Source: Mobula hypostoma (taxonomy: Eukaryota). From it: a stretch of DNA of 64,000 nucleotides. Location of the stretch: positions 25,980,001-26,044,000 of the forward strand of contig NC_086118.1 of the NCBI RefSeq assembly GCF_963921235.1, written 5' to 3'. Of the stretch, positions 37,530 through 51,458 are shown in pieces (position 1 is the first letter of the stretch; every line of letters begins with the position of its first letter). The position numbers and the translations under genes were made by a program. Under the pieces are notes generated by a model. It was not told the DNA's origin, did not search any database, and saw only the letters and a program-made list of their open reading frames with translations.

Positions 37530-40500
37530 TTGCCTCCCGGACGGCCACATTTGCGCCAGGTGCATCGAGCTGCAGCTCCTTAGGGACCGGGTTAGGGAAC
37601 TGGAGATGTAGCTCGATGATCTTCTTCTGGTGAGGGAGAGTGAGGAGGTGATAGAGAGGAGCTATAGGCAGGTAGTCACACCAGGGCCTCGTGAGACAGA
37701 TAAATGGGTAACAGTCAGGAGAGGGAAGGGCAAGAGTCAGATACTAGAGAGTACCCCTGTGGCTGTCCCCCTTACAATAAGTACTCCTGCTTGAGTACTG
37801 TTGGGGAGGATGGCCTACCTGGGGGAAGCATCAGTGGCCATGCCTCTGGCACAGAGTCTGGCCCTGTGGCTCAGAATGGCAGGGAAAGGAAGAGGGTGGC
37901 AGCAGTGATAGGGGACTCCATAGTTAGGGGGTCAGACAGGCGATTCTGTGGACGCAGGAAGGAAACACGGATGGTAGTTTGACTCCCTGGTGCCAGGGTC
38001 CAGGATGTTTTTGATTGTGTCCACGATATCCTGAAGTGGGAAGGAGAACAGCCAGAGGTTGTGGTACATATTGGTAACAACGATATAGGTCAGAAAAGGG
38101 AGGAACTCCTGAAAACAGTCTACCGGAAGTTAGGAAGGAAGTTGAGAAGCGGGACCTCAAAGGTAGTAATCTTGGGATTACTGCCTGTGCTACGCGACAG
38201 TGAGTATAGGAATAGAATAAGGTGGAGGATAAATGCGTGGCTGAGAGATTGGAGCAGAGGGCAGGGATTCAGATTTCTGGATCATTGGGACCTCTTATGG
38301 GTGTGACACAACCTGTACAAAAAGGACGGGTTGCACTTGAATCCCTGGGGGACCGATATCCTGGCGGGGAGATTTGCTAAGGCTATTGGGGAGCATTTAA
38401 ACTAGAATTGCTGGGGGGGGGGCGGGTGGGAACCGAACTGAAGAGATGGAGGAAGAGGCGATTAGCTCACAAATAGAGAAAACTTGTAGACAGTGCGAGA
38501 GGAAGGATAGGCAGGCGATAGAGAAGGGACACACTCAGACCGATTGTTTGAGATGTGTCTATTTTAAGGCAAGGAGTATTATGAACAAAGCGGATGAGCT
38601 TAGAGCGTGGATCAGTACTTGAGAGCTATGATGTTGTGGCCATTACAGAGACTTGGATGGCTCAGGGGCAGGAGTGGTTACTTCGAGTGAACAGGCTTTA
38701 GATGTTTCAAAAAGGACAGGGAAGGAGGCAAAAGTGGTGGGGGCATGGCACTACTGATCAGAGATAGTGTCACAGCTGCAGAAAAGGAAGAAGCCATGGA
38801 GGGATTGTCTACAGAGTCTCTGTGGGTGGAAGTTAGGAACAGGAAGGGGTCAATAATTCTACGGGGTGTTTTTTATAGGCTGCCCAATAGTAACAGTGAC
38901 ATTGAGGAGCAGATTGGGAGACAGATTCTGGAAAGGTGTAATAATAACAGAGCTATTGTGGTGGGAAATTTTAATTTCCCAAATATCGACTGGCATCTCC
39001 CTAGAGCGAAGGGTTTAGATGGGGTGGAGTTTGTTAGGTTTGTTCAGAAAGGTTTCTTGACACAGTATGTAGGTAAGCCTACAAGAGGAGAGGCTGTACT
39101 TGATCTGGTATTGGGAAATGAACTTGGTCAGGTATCAGATCTCTCAGTGGGAGAGCATTTTGGAGATAGTGATCACAATTCTATCTCCTTTACCATAGCA
39201 TTGGAGAGGGATAGGAACAGACAAGTTAGGAAAGCATTTAATTGGAGTAAGGGGAAATATGAGACTATCGGGCAGGAACTTAGAAGCATAAATTGGAAAC
39301 AGATGTTCTCAGGGAGAAGTACGGAAGAAATGTGGCAAATGTTCAGGGGGTATTTGCATGGAGTTCTACGAAGGTACGTTCCAATGAGACAGGGAAAGGA
39401 TAGTAAGGTACAGGAACTGGGGTGTACAAAGGCTGTTATAAATCTAGTCAAGAAGAAAAGAAGAGCTTGCAAAAAAAGGTAATGATAGAGATCTAGAAGA
39501 TCATAAGGCTACCAGGAAGGAGCTTAAGAATGAAATTAGGAGAGCCAGAAGGGGCCATGAGAAGGCCTTGGCGGACAGGATTAAGGAAAACCCCAAGGCA
39601 TTCATTAGACCATAGACAATTGACAATTGGTGCAGGAGTAGGCCATTCAGCCCTTCGAGCCAGCACCGCCATTCACTGTGATCATGGCTGATCATCCACA
39701 ATCAGTATGCAGTTCCTGCCTTATCCCCATAACCTTTGATTCCACTATCTTTAAGAGCTCTATCCAACTCTTTCTTGAAGGCATCCAGAGACTTGGCCTT
39801 CATAGCTTTCTGGGGAAGAGCATTCCATATATCCACCACTCTCTGGGTGAAAAAGTGTTTCCTTAACTCCGTTCTATATGGCCTGTCCCTTATTCTTAAA
39901 CTGTGGCCTCTGGTTCTGGACTCACCCATCAGCGGGAACATGCTTCCTGCCTCCAGCGTGTCCAATCCCTTAATAATCTTATATGTTTCAATAAGATCCC
40001 CTCTCAGCCTTCTAAATTCCAGAGTATACAAGCCCAGTCACTCCAATCTTTCGACATATGACAGTCCCGCCATCCCAGGAATTAACCTTGTGAATCTATG
40101 CTGCACTCCCTCAATAGCAAGAATGTCCTTCCTCTAATTTGGAGACCAAAACTGCACACAGTACTCCAGGTCTGGTCTCACCAGGGCCCTGTGCAGCTGG
40201 AGAAGGACTTCTTTACTCTTATACTCAATTCCTCTTGTTATGAAGGCCAGCATGCCATTAGCTTTCTTCACTGCCTGCTGTACTTGCATGCTTGCTTTCT
40301 GTGACTGATGTACAAGAACACCTAGATCTCGTTTTACTTCCCCTTTTCCTAACTTGACTCCATTTAGATAATAATCTGCCTTCCTGTTCTTACCACCAAA
40401 GTGGATAACCTCACATTTATCCACATTAAACTGCATCTGCCATGCATCTGCCCACTCACCCAGCCTGTCCAAGTCACCCTGCATTCTCATAACATCCTCC

Positions 40501-43315
40501 TCACATTTCACACTGCCACCCAGCTTTGTGTCATCGGCAAATTTGCTAATGTTACTTTTAATTCCCTCATCTAAATCATTAATATATATTGTAAACAGCT
40601 GCGGTCCTAGCACTGAACCCTGCGGTACCCCACTGGTCACCGCCTTCCATTCCGAAAGGAACCCGTTAATCGGTACTCTTTGTTTTCTGTCAGCCAGCCA
40701 ATTTTCAATCCATGTCAGTACTCTGCCCCCAATACCATGTGCCCTAATTTTGCCCACTAATCTCCTATGTGGGACTTTATCAAAGGCTTTCTAAAATCCA
40801 CTGGCTCTCCCTTATCCATTTTCATAGCTACATCCTAAAAAAATTCCAGAAGATTAGTCAAGCACGATTTCCCCTTCGTAAATCCACGCTGACTCGGACC
40901 AATCCTGTTACTGCTATCCAGATGTGTCGTAATTTCATCTTTTGTAATTGACTCCAGCATCTTTCCCACCACAGACGTCAGGCTAACCGGTCTATAGTTC
41001 CCTGTTTTCTCTCTTCCTCCCTTCTTGAAGAGATGGACAACATTAGCCACCCTCCAATCCACAGGAACTGATCCTGAATCTATAGAACATTGGAAAATGA
41101 TTACCAATGCATCTACGATTTCTAAAGCAACCTCCTTAAGTACCGTGGGATGCAGACCATCAGGTCCCAGGGACTTATCAGCTTTCAGACCCAAAAGTCT
41201 ATTAAACACCATTTCCTGCCTAATATAAATTTCCTTCAGTTCATCCATTACCCTAGGTCCTTTGGCCACTATTATATCTGGGAGATTGTTTGTGTCTTCC
41301 CTAGTGAAGACAGATCCAAAGTACCTGTTCAACTCGTCTGCCATTTCCATGTTCCCCATAATAAATTCACCGGTTTCTGTCTTCAAAGGCCCAATTTTGG
41401 TCTTAACTATTTTTATCCTTTTCACATACCTAAAGAAGCTTTTACTATCCTCCTTTATATTCTTGGCTAGTTTATCTTCGTACCTCATTTTTTCTCCGCG
41501 TATTGTCTTTTTAGTTACCTCAAATATGGGAAGAGCAAGAGGATATGATGTGAGAGAATAGGACCAATCAAGTGTGACAGTGGAAAAGTGTGTATGGAAC
41601 CAGAGGAGAGGTGCTTAATGAGTACTTTGCTTCAGTATTCACTATGAAAAAGGACCTTGGCGATTGTAGGGATGACTTACAGTGGACTGAAAAGCTTGAG
41701 CATGTAGATATTAAGGAAGAGGATGTGCTAGAGCCTTTGGAAAGCATCAAGTTGGATAAGTCACCGGGACTGGACAAGGTGAACTCCAGGCTCCTGTGGG
41801 AGGCGAGGGAGGAGATTGCTGAGTCTCTGACGATGATCTTTTCATCATCAATGGGGACGGGAGAGGTTCCAGAGGATTGGAGGGTTGTGGATGTTGTTCC
41901 TTTATTCGAGAAAGTGAGTAGAGATAGCCCAGGAAATTATAGACCAGTGAGTCTTACTTCAGTGATTGGTAAATTGATGGAGAAGATCCTGAGAGGCAGG
42001 ATTTATGAACATTTGGAGAGGTATAATATGATTAGGAATAGTCAGCATGGCTTTGTCAAAGGCAGGTTGTGCCTTACAAGCCTGACTGAATTTTTTGAGG
42101 ATGTGACTAAACACATTGATGAAGGTAGAGCAGTAGATGTAGTGTGTATGGATTTCAGCAAGGCATGTGATAAGGTATCTGATGCTTGGCTTCTTGAGAA
42201 AGTAAAGAGGCAGGGGATCCAAGGGGACATTGCTTTGTGGATCCAGAAATGGCTTGCCCACAGAAGGCAAAGAGTGGTTGTAGACAGGTCATTTTCTGTT
42301 TGGACCAGTGGTGTATGTTAGGGATTTGTTCTGGGACCCCCTACTCGTCATGATTTTTATAAATGACCTGGATGAGGAAGTGGAGGGATGGGTTAGTAAA
42401 TTTGCTGATTGCACAAAGGTTGGAGGTGTTGTGCATAGTGTGCAGGGCTGTCAGAGGTTACAGCGGGATATTGATAGGATGCAAAACTGGGCTGAGAAGT
42501 GGCAGATGGAGCTCAACCCAGGTATGTGTGAGGTGGTTCATTTTGGTAAGTCAAATATGATGACAGAATATAGTATTAATGGTAAGACTCTTGGCAGTGT
42601 GGAGGATCAGAGGGATCTTGGGGTCTGAGTCCATAGGACACTCAATGCTGCTGCGCAGATTGACTCTGTGCTTAAGAAGGCATTCGGTGCATTGGCCTTC
42701 ATCAATCGTGGGATTGAGTTTAGGAGCAGAGAGGTAATGTTGCAGCTATGTAGGACCCTGGTCAGACCCCACTTGGAGTACTGTGCTCAATCCTGGTCGC
42801 CTCACTACAGGAAGGATGTGGAAACAATAGAAAGGGTGCAGAGGAGATTTACAAGGCTGTTGCCTGGATTGGGGAGCATGCCTTATGAGAATAGGTTGAG
42901 TGAACTCGGCCTTTTCTCCTTGGAACGAAGGAGGATGAGAGGTGACCTGATAGAGGTGTATAAGATGATGAGAGGCATTGATCGTGTGGATAGTCAAAGG
43001 CTTTTTCCCGGGGCTGAGATAGCTAGCATAAGAGAGCACAGTTTTAAGGTGATTGGAAGTAGGTACAGAGGAGATGTCAGGGGTAAGTTTTTTACGCAGA
43101 GAGTGGTGAGTGCGTAGAATGGGCTGCCGGCAACGGTGGTGGAGGCGGATATGATAGGGTCTTTTAAGAGACTACTGGATAGTTACATGGAGCTTAGCAA
43201 AATAGAGGGCTATGGGTAGCCCTAAGTAATTTCTAAAGTAAGGACATGTTTGCCACAGCTTTGTGGGCCAAAGAGCCTGTATTGTGCTGTAGGTTTTTTA
43301 TGTTTTCTATGTTTT
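37530..43315 (+). mobile_element. Near full-length decayed CR1 (ORF1 zinc finger and SGNH esterase; ORF2 EN-RT; 3' tail), split by an antisense CR1
   Basis: HICARCIELQLL, VIGDS and HIGNND in ORF1. ORF2 pieces at 38745-39482, 41590-42321, 42308-42628 and 42668-43117; tail tatgttttctatgtttt. Confidence 0.93.
39604..41518 (-). mobile_element. Younger 5'-truncated CR1 nested in antisense
   Basis: ORFs 40835-41488, 40134-40757 (GVPQGSVLGP, FADD) and 39702-40031. The host CR1 reads ENPKAF|..KYGKSKR across the insertion. Confidence 0.95.
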
Positions 43316-43394
43316 GCTGCCAATTTCCACCCAAGACTTCATGGACTGTTACATGATAATTGTTTCATGTAAGTGCGGTAAGGCAGGAGTCAAA

Positions 43395-44140
43395 GAATCA
43401 GAATCAGGTTTATTATCACTGACATGTGTCATGAAATTTGTTAACTTAGCAGCAGCAGTTCAATACAATACATAATATCAAAGAAAAAATAGTAATAATA
43501 ATAAAAATAAATAAGTAAATCAATTACATTATATGTATATTGAATAGATTAAAATCGTGCAATAAAGCAGAAATAATATATATTTAAGAAGTGAGGTTGT
43601 GTTCAAGGGTTCAATGTCCATTTAACAATTAGATGGCAGAGGGGAAGAAGCTGTTCCTGAATCACTGAGTGTGTGCCTTCAGGCTTCTGTACCTCCTACC
43701 TGATGGTAACAGTGAGAAAAGGGCATGGCCTGGGTACTGGAGGTCCTTAATAATGAACGCTGACTTTCTGAGACACCGCTCTTTGAAGATGTCTTGGGTA
43801 CTTTGTAGGCTAGTGCCCAAGATGAAGCTGATAAAATTTACAACCCTCTGCAGCTTCCTTTGGTCCTGTGCAGTAGCCACCCCCCCACCACCACCCCCGC
43901 ATACCAGACAGTAATGCAGTCTGTCTGAATGCTCTCCACGGTACATCTAGAGAAGTTTTTGAGTGTATTTGTTGACGTACCAAATCTCTTCAAACTTCTT
44001 ATGAAGTATAGCTGCTGTCTTGCCTTCTTTATAACTGCATCGATATGTTGGAACCAGGTTAAATCCTCAGAGATCTTGACACCCAGGAACTTGAAACTGC
44101 TCACTCTCTCCACTTCTAATCCCTCTATGAGGATTTAACA
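43395..44140 (-). mobile_element. Rex1/Babar LINE 3' end
   Basis: ERVSSFKFLGVKISEDLTW..KKARQQLYFIR and PGHALFSLLPSGRRYRS; gaatcagaatcagg tail. Confidence 0.9.
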
Positions 44141-44815
44141 CATCGAACTTTCTTTTCATTACCCAAATTTTCCATCTCCATTTCAGGGGATAAGTCAGAG
44201 TAAAATTAATTAAATGTCTTACACACCCATCCTGATTATACCTCTTCTCCAGCTGTTTCCTGTGAGGACTCCATTGAATTCTTCCAGTTTCTGTGTTTCT
44301 GTTAAATTCCACTCTGATGATAACATTCTCCATATTTGCAGTTCCATCTTCTATTCATTTTACCTTAACCACAAATTCTTCTTTATTATTATCTCTTCTG
44401 TATCTGTTCCATTTCTTGCCGTTCTGTCCTTGTGTTCTCTCCTTCACGCAGAACAAGAATAGGAATCACATGTCTTTACTTTCCACCGCACCAGAAATTA
44501 CGTTCACAGATCATCCTCTGTAATGTCCAATCCTTCCAAACACTCCCCTTTAGCATTACTCACTTCTTCTAGCTCCACCAACACACCTCATCCCTCAGCA
44601 CCCTCCCGTGTAATCAGAGGAGGTGCACCCTTGACCCTTTATTCTTTCACTTTTTACCATCCAGAGATACCTCCTTCCAAGTGAAGTAGCAATCCACTTG
44701 TTTTTCTTCCATTCTATATACTCAGTGCTCATAATGTGGTCTCCTCTACTATAACTTGGGGAAGCCAATCACAGATATGACGACCACTTTGTAGAACACT
44801 TCCTTTTAGCCAGGA

Positions 44816-44881
44816 AGGGCGACCAGGAGATTTCAGTAAGGCGACCAGGAGATTTCAGTAGGGCAACCAGGAGATTTCAGT
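44816..44881 (+). repeat. 22-bp tandem repeat, three copies
   Basis: agggcgaccaggagatttcagt / aaggcgaccaggagatttcagt / agggcaaccaggagatttcagt, contiguous. Confidence 0.95.
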
Positions 44882-44980
44882 CAGGCATTACTTGGATTCT
44901 CAGTTTCAATTCCACTCTGGACGCAATCTCTGTCTTTTTGCTGTGAGATCAAGGACCAGTACCCTACCTTTCCTCTGGAT

Positions 44981-45061
44981 TAGGGATTCCCAACCTTTTC
45001 TCATGCCATGGACCCATACCATCAAGCAAAGGGTCAGTGGATCCCATGTTGGGAACCCCTG
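44981..45061. mobile_element. 81-bp hAT-type MITE
   Basis: TIRs tagggattcccaac and gttgggaacccctg; degenerate 8-bp flanks ctctggat and ctccaggt. Confidence 0.65.
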
Positions 45062-45429
45062 CTCCAGGTACATTCAACTCAATGTTGAATTCAACTATTT
45101 CAGGTAAACACTGCTACAGTTTGCATGAGAACTGATAAGTCCCATGAAATCAGTGATGCCTATTCTATTTCTCTCCACCACAGGAGCTGGTAGGTGTTTC
45201 CACTATTTTCTTGCATTTAAGATTACTAGCAACTGCAGTGTTGTACTTTGCAGCTCACGGTCCTAGCATATGTCTTACAAAGCTTTCACCTCTGCCCTCA
45301 TTTATTTCTTTCTATATCCAGTTCATCTCCTCCAGACAGTTTAGTTAGAATTGCTGTGACTGACTAAAGTGAGCCATGTGGCAGCTGTAACTGGGATATA
45401 TAAAAATCTTTATTTCACACTGTAGATCT

Positions 45430-45635
45430 TTTTGATTTATTTTATTTTTATTTAGAGAGACAACATGTTGACAGGCACTTCCAATCAAAGGAGCCTGTGC
45501 TGCCCAATTACACCCATCTGACCAATTACCCTTCTAACCCATATGCCTTTGGAATGTGGGAGGAAACCAGAACACCCGGGGGAAACCCAAGTGGTGACAG
45601 GGAGAACGTGCAAGCTCCTTACTAACAGCAGCGGG
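45430..45635 (-). mobile_element. V-SINE (HE1-like)
   Basis: gaatgtgggaggaaaccagaacacccgggggaaaccca..acagggagaacgtgcaagctcc core. Confidence 0.7.
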
Positions 45636-46679
45636 ATCTTCCACAGAGAATCTAGTTCTCCTCTCCTGACATAGTGCTCAATACTTCTTGAACATAAACG
45701 ATTAACCACAGTTTCACTGGATATAATTACCTACTTAACTTTAATATTTTGAATGCAGACAGCCAATTTTGTTGAATTATATATTTACAATGCTAGCAAG
45801 TCCCAACTCGCAGAACATCATTGAATATTCAATACTCGTGGCTGGTTCAAAAGCCCCTGAGCAAATCTCCAGATACCCAAAATAAACTCCTTTGTTTGAG
45901 GGAAAGATCCCTGAATATACAGTTGGCCAGTGATAAAACAGATCTGTCCTGAATTGTGCATTAATTGGCAGGGATGCCACTTTAACAATGCTACATAATG
46001 CCTTCCCTGATCTCACCCTGAAGTTTACAATGACCACAAATTGACCATTTCTTGATTGACTTTTCCTGTATAGTTTCAATGGTCCAGAATGTCTCCCATC
46101 CAATCATTGGTTTCAATAGCCTTAAAGTATCAGTTGAAGCTAAATTATGAGCAAGTTTTATTTCCTGAAGGCTGGTTGTCATTTTAGTTAATATCCTATA
46201 TCCATAATTTCCTAACTCCAGAAAAATCCCAAACAATAATTAACAAGCACTCATTATCCTCTTTTAACTGCCACCACCATCTATTTCTTTTGCTCTCCAC
46301 GCAGTCTTCGATCATTGTTCTGTAAACCTCTCCCCTCCTCTGCAACTTAAAGGAAGTTTGTTCTCTAACTTTGCAACTCTGATAAAAGATCATAAACCTG
46401 AAATGTTTCTCTCTCCATAAATGTTGACTGAATTACTGAGTAGGTTCAACACCTTTTTGTTTTTAAAATTAAGTTTATTTTAGTTTCATAGTTATTTCCT
46501 GTATCACTCAAGCTTAAACCTTTATGCAAGGATTTCTGTACCATTTCATTGCTATGCTTTTGCCAAAATTTGAATGCTTTTTCAAATTATTACAACAAAT
46601 TATTTTCATATCAAACAATAAGAAAATATATTTACTGCCAGGAGAGGGAAATGGAATAGGCAGATAGTGCAGAATAACT

Positions 46680-47499
46680 ATGTGGCTATTTCCCTCTGTA
46701 ACAGGTATACCGCTTAGGATATTGTTCAGGGGAACAGTCTACCAGGGAAAGCCACAGCATCTAGGTTTCTGGCGTTGAGCCTGGCTCTGTAGCTCAGAAG
46801 GAAAGGGGGAGAAGAAAAGAGCCGTGGTTATAGGGGATTCCATCGTTTGAAGAGCAGATAAGAGATTCTCTGGACGTGAAAGAGACTCCTGGATGGTATG
46901 TTGCCTCCCAGGTGCCAGGGTCAGGGATGTCTCATATCAGGTTCAGAGCATTCTAAAAAGGGGAGGGTGAGCAGCCAGAAGTAGTGGTACATATAGATTG
47001 AGAAAGCAGAGGGAAAGATAATAGGCAGATATTGCAGAGTAACACTGTTGCCATTCCCCTCTATAACATGTGTATCATGTGTATCGCTTTGGATATTATG
47101 AGGGGAATCGACCTACCAAGGGAAAGCCGCACCGCCCCCCCCCCCGACAGCAAAAGAGACCCGAGGGTTAGATTGGGAGGCAGAATTTGGACCGAAGGGC
47201 CTGTATTGTGCTGTAGGTTTTCTATGTTTCTATAACAGGGTTGATACCATGGATGATGTCAACTTCCCTCATACACATTGGCACCTCCTTTGTGCAAAAG
47301 ATTTAGATGGGGTAGAAGTTGTTTGTTGCATCCAGGAAGGATTCCTGACAAAATATATAAACAGGCTGACTAGAGGAGAGGCCATACTAGATCTGGTATC
47401 AGACAATGAACCTGGTCAGGTGTCCGATTTCGCAGGGGGTGAACATTTCATAGACCGTGACCACAACTTCCTGATCCTTACCATAGACTTGGAGAGGGT
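46680..47499 (+). mobile_element. Rearranged CR1 ORF1/ORF2 fragments (host of the Gypsy; continues at ~54220-54525)
   Basis: VIGDS esterase piece and EGFLTKYINRLTRGEAILDLV..DHN endonuclease piece. Confidence 0.75.
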
Positions 47500-47604
47500 C
47501 ATCTACTGTTCATTACGGACACCCTTTCAGGGCGATTCTTCTTGTGTAACATGGGTGCTCAAGTGAGTGTGCTGCCAACATCGCTTATTGTTGAAAAGGC
47601 ACAG

Positions 47605-48468
47605 AGCCTTTAATTCAAGATGGTGCCAGTGTACAACGCTCCCTTGGTCGACATCTTCCAGATAACTCCAAAAATTTCCTTTTCTACTTCTGTTACGTCT
47701 GTTTTTCACCTTAAGTGTTTTTCTGGGACTGCTAGAGCCTGGGATTTACAGATTGGTGATCATTTGAGTGACGCAGCACTTTGCTGTCTCCTTGAAGATT
47801 CCAGGAGGTGAGCACACACTCGGACAGTCTCGATGCGAAGAGACTTTGAGACGAAGCGTGTGCCAAAGTTCGACTTCATTTTGGCAATTAAAGCATCCGT
47901 TAATCGCCGATTAAAGCATTGAGGACAATTGAGACAACGAGGCCTTCCTTTTGATCACTGCCGAGCAGGAGTCTGTGAGTGGCCTATCACTGTGGCAGGC
48001 AGGTAGGCCTCTGCGCTCATACGGTGTCCCTCTCTTTTGATGATGTCGGTGATATCGGAGGATGGTACAGTGGTTCTGTGTTTATGGATTGGACTATTGT
48101 GCTTATAGACTGTGGAAATTTTCAGACTTATGGTTTTTATGTTCTGTGCTTTTATTGCCCATTCCTTTTCCGTTTTCTTGTGTGAGTGGAGGGTGTTTGG
48201 AGGTTAATTTTCTGTTAGTTTTTTGTGTGGTGGAGGGGTTGTTTTTTGGGGGTCAATGTTCCTGTTCTGATTTTGTGCAGGGTGAGAGGGGACTTCGGAG
48301 TTGATGATTGGGATGCCGTTTTCTTTTTTGTGTGCAGCAGTGTAGGTTTGATGTTCCTCTCTGAATGACTTTCAAGTTCCTTTTTTGTTTTGTGGCTACC
48401 TAGAGGAGACAAATTTCAGTATTGTATATGGATATATGCTTTGATAATACATTAACCTTTGAACTTTG
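47605..48468 (+). mobile_element. Non-autonomous LINE-derived element inserted in the Gypsy protease
   Basis: Starts near caagatggtgcc and ends in a ctttgaactttgaa tail. agagc is repeated at both ends, and the protease frame resumes after it. Confidence 0.6.
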
Positions 48469-51458
48469 AAGAGCAATGAGACCTCACTGAAGGCCGCCAA
48501 TAGCAGCAAGATCCAGGCTTATGGAACATCACGGGTGAAGCTCTGCTTCAGTGGGTGACATTACACGGGGGACTTTGTCCTGGCTAAAGTGCCTGGACCT
48601 CTGTTCGATGTGGATTTCCTGTGAGCCGAAGGAATGTTAGTCAATCTTAAGAACTGCCAGCTTGTGGATGTCAAGGATTTTGGGTTGTTAGCCTGCTCCT
48701 CCAGAAAGTTCCCCACAATGATTCTGTCAAGCACATGCACCATGGAATGTGAGTTCACTCGATTGCTGGCGAATTGCCAGACCTCACCAAGCCCACCTTC
48801 TCAACTACAGTCACAAAACATGGTAAAGAGCATCACAGTCCCACAACTGGCCAACCAATCCATGCCCGCACGTGTAGACTAGATCCAGAAAAGCTGCCAA
48901 CCATGAAGGCTGAGTTTGCCTACATAGAAAGACTCGGCATTGTATGCCGGTCAAAAAGCCCCTGGGTTTCACCCCTCCATATGGTCTCTAAGTCTGATGG
49001 TGGTTGCTTCCATGTGGCGATTACTGATGCCTTAATGAAGCCACCATGATGCTCCTGCCTCCCCAATCGTTAGCCGGTCCTACACATCCAAAACTCTTCA
49101 GTATGCTTAGCCAGAAAGTTAATTTTTTCCAAACTCGATATTATCCGGTGCCTGTGTGTTTGGAGGACATTGCCCAAACAGCTGTGATATCCCCATTTGA
49201 TCCTTTTGAGTATCTGTGCATGTCATTTGGGCTGAAAAATGCTGCACAGATTTCCCAATGGCTGATTGGCTCAGTATTAAAAGGCTTCGATTTTCTTTTT
49301 GTTTACCTGGATGACATACTTGTTGCCAGTGCATCCAAATCTGAACACGTATCTCATCTCTGCACACTTTTCGAATGCTAAAGCCAACGGGGTTGATTAC
49401 TAACCATGCTAAATGCCAGTTTGGATTGTCAACCATTGCCTTCCTTGGCCATCACATCTCCGCAGAAGGTGCGAAACCCCTCCCATCAAAAGTAGCTGCT
49501 AGTATGGATTTCTCACCACCCCGCACTACAAAAAAAACTACAGGAGTTTTTAGGCATGTGGAATTTCTATCATCGCATCATTCTGTGAGATGCTGAACTT
49601 AAGCTCCTTCTGTATATTGCATTTAAAAGTAATCCCCCTAATCAAGTGCTTGACTGGTCAGTGGGCACAACCAGGACATTTGATGACACCAAACGAGATT
49701 TTTCTAACGCAACTCTATTGCCGCACCTGCTTCCCAATGCACCCATAGCTATTACTGCTGGCACCCCAGACTTTGCTCTGGGTGCTGTGCATGAACAGCT
49801 GGTCAGAGGCATGTGGCAGCCACTTGCCTTGTTCGGCTGCAAAGAAAGTACAGCACATTTGACTGTGAGCTTCTCAGTATCTATCTGGCTTTCTGCTATT
49901 TTTGTTTGCTTCTAGAGGGTCGCCATTTCACAGTGTCCGTTGACCACAAACCCCTCATGCACGCAATGGCCAAAAATATCAGCCCCTCGGTCCGCATGGC
50001 AGCACAACAACCTGGCCTGCATGTCCAAGTTCACAACTGACATACAACATATCAAGGGGAAAGATAATGCCTTGACTGATTGACTCTCACGGCCAGCCTA
50101 CATAACGTGCCTACATAAGCCTACATAATTTACATAACGTGTTGACTATGCCAGCATGGCAGTTGGCCAAGTTACTGACCCAGAAGTCCAGGTTTACCAA
50201 ACAGCAGAGATTAGCCTGTGGCTGGCTGACATTAAGTTTGCGGAAGCTGGGGTTTCTCTCCTGTGCGATGTCTCAACCAGCCGTCCTTGCCCCTTTGTGC
50301 CTGCACACTGGAGGCAGACTGCTTTCCGCTCCATTTATGACCTCTTGCATCCGGGCTGGAAGGCCTCACAAAAACTGGTTGCACTAAAGTTTGTTTGGCA
50401 CAGCCTCAGAAAGGATTGCACGATTGGATTGCAACCCGTATGGAATGCCAGCGGGAAAAAAATTAACTGTCATGTTCGGGTGCCATTGGCACCTCTTGAG
50501 GTCTCTGAGCAATGATTTGATCATGTCAACGTGGACCTTGATGGTTTTCTTCCACCCCTTGGTTTCACGCACCTTCTTACCATGGTGGACTGTACCACCT
50601 GAAGGTCAGAGGTCATCCCTCTAGCACTGACAACAGTTGCAAACGAGGCTCGGGCGTTCAGCAGCACCTGGATGGCTTGGTTTGGCACCCCCCCCTGATA
50701 TTTCCTCTGACCGCAGTCCCCTATTCATTTCAGACCTCGGGCTGTGATGGCTCAGAACCTCGGCATGAAGCTACATCACACCATGGCGTATCACCCACAG
50801 TCCAATGGCCTGTGTGAGCAGTTTCACCGCTCCTTAAAGAACGTTCTGGGGGCCCTGACCGATGAGTGTTGGCATGATCATTTCCCGTCGTCCTGCTGGG
50901 GCTCAGAACTGCCGGAAAAGAGGACCTGCAGTCATCCGTGGCAGAGTTGGTATACAGGCAGCCTTTAAGAGTGTCAGGTGATTTTATTCCTGATGCCATG
51001 GCAGCATTCCTCCCTCTTCAATAAATCCAATTCCTTTTCACCTATTCCCACCTCCCATCATGGCATACAGCACTCTTGGGTTCCTGTTGCCTCATTTTCG
51101 TCCGCCATGGCGTACACCAACATCCCCTTTAGGCCCCCTTATGATGGCCCATTCCATGTTTTCGAATGGGGAGAAAAGACTTTTGTCATTAGATAAGAGG
51201 GGTAAACCTGAACCTATTCCAATAGATCGCCTTAAACCAGCCCACGAAGGTTTGGAGAATTCCGCTGCCATGCCCATGACTAAGAGCGTGTCAACACACG
51301 CACCTCTGAATGAGCCAGAGTCACCTGCGTTTCCTGCACCCATGGAACACAGGACCTGAGCCAGGCAGCTCATTTGAGCTCCAGATAAACTCACATGCTG
51401 GTTTTAGTGAATTCTGAGCGGGGGGGACTATGTTGGGTAATATAACTGGGTGAAATGT

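Larger units (their letters stand above)
44400..45110 (+). mobile_element. Degraded Penelope-like endonuclease region
   Basis: Remnants such as ttccaagtgaag..tgtggtctcctctac (CGLLY, GIY-YIG region) and the ttcctctgg..ctcaatgttgaattcaac tail. Confidence 0.55.

Noticed and set aside
44816..44881. Three 22-bp direct repeats as a possible CRISPR array
   Set aside because: The repeats are contiguous with no spacers, there are no cas genes, and the context is vertebrate. It is a simple tandem duplication inside a Penelope remnant.
45777..46236. Overlapping minus-strand ORFs in unique sequence
   Set aside because: No recognisable motif and a weak acceptor; insufficient evidence for a gene.
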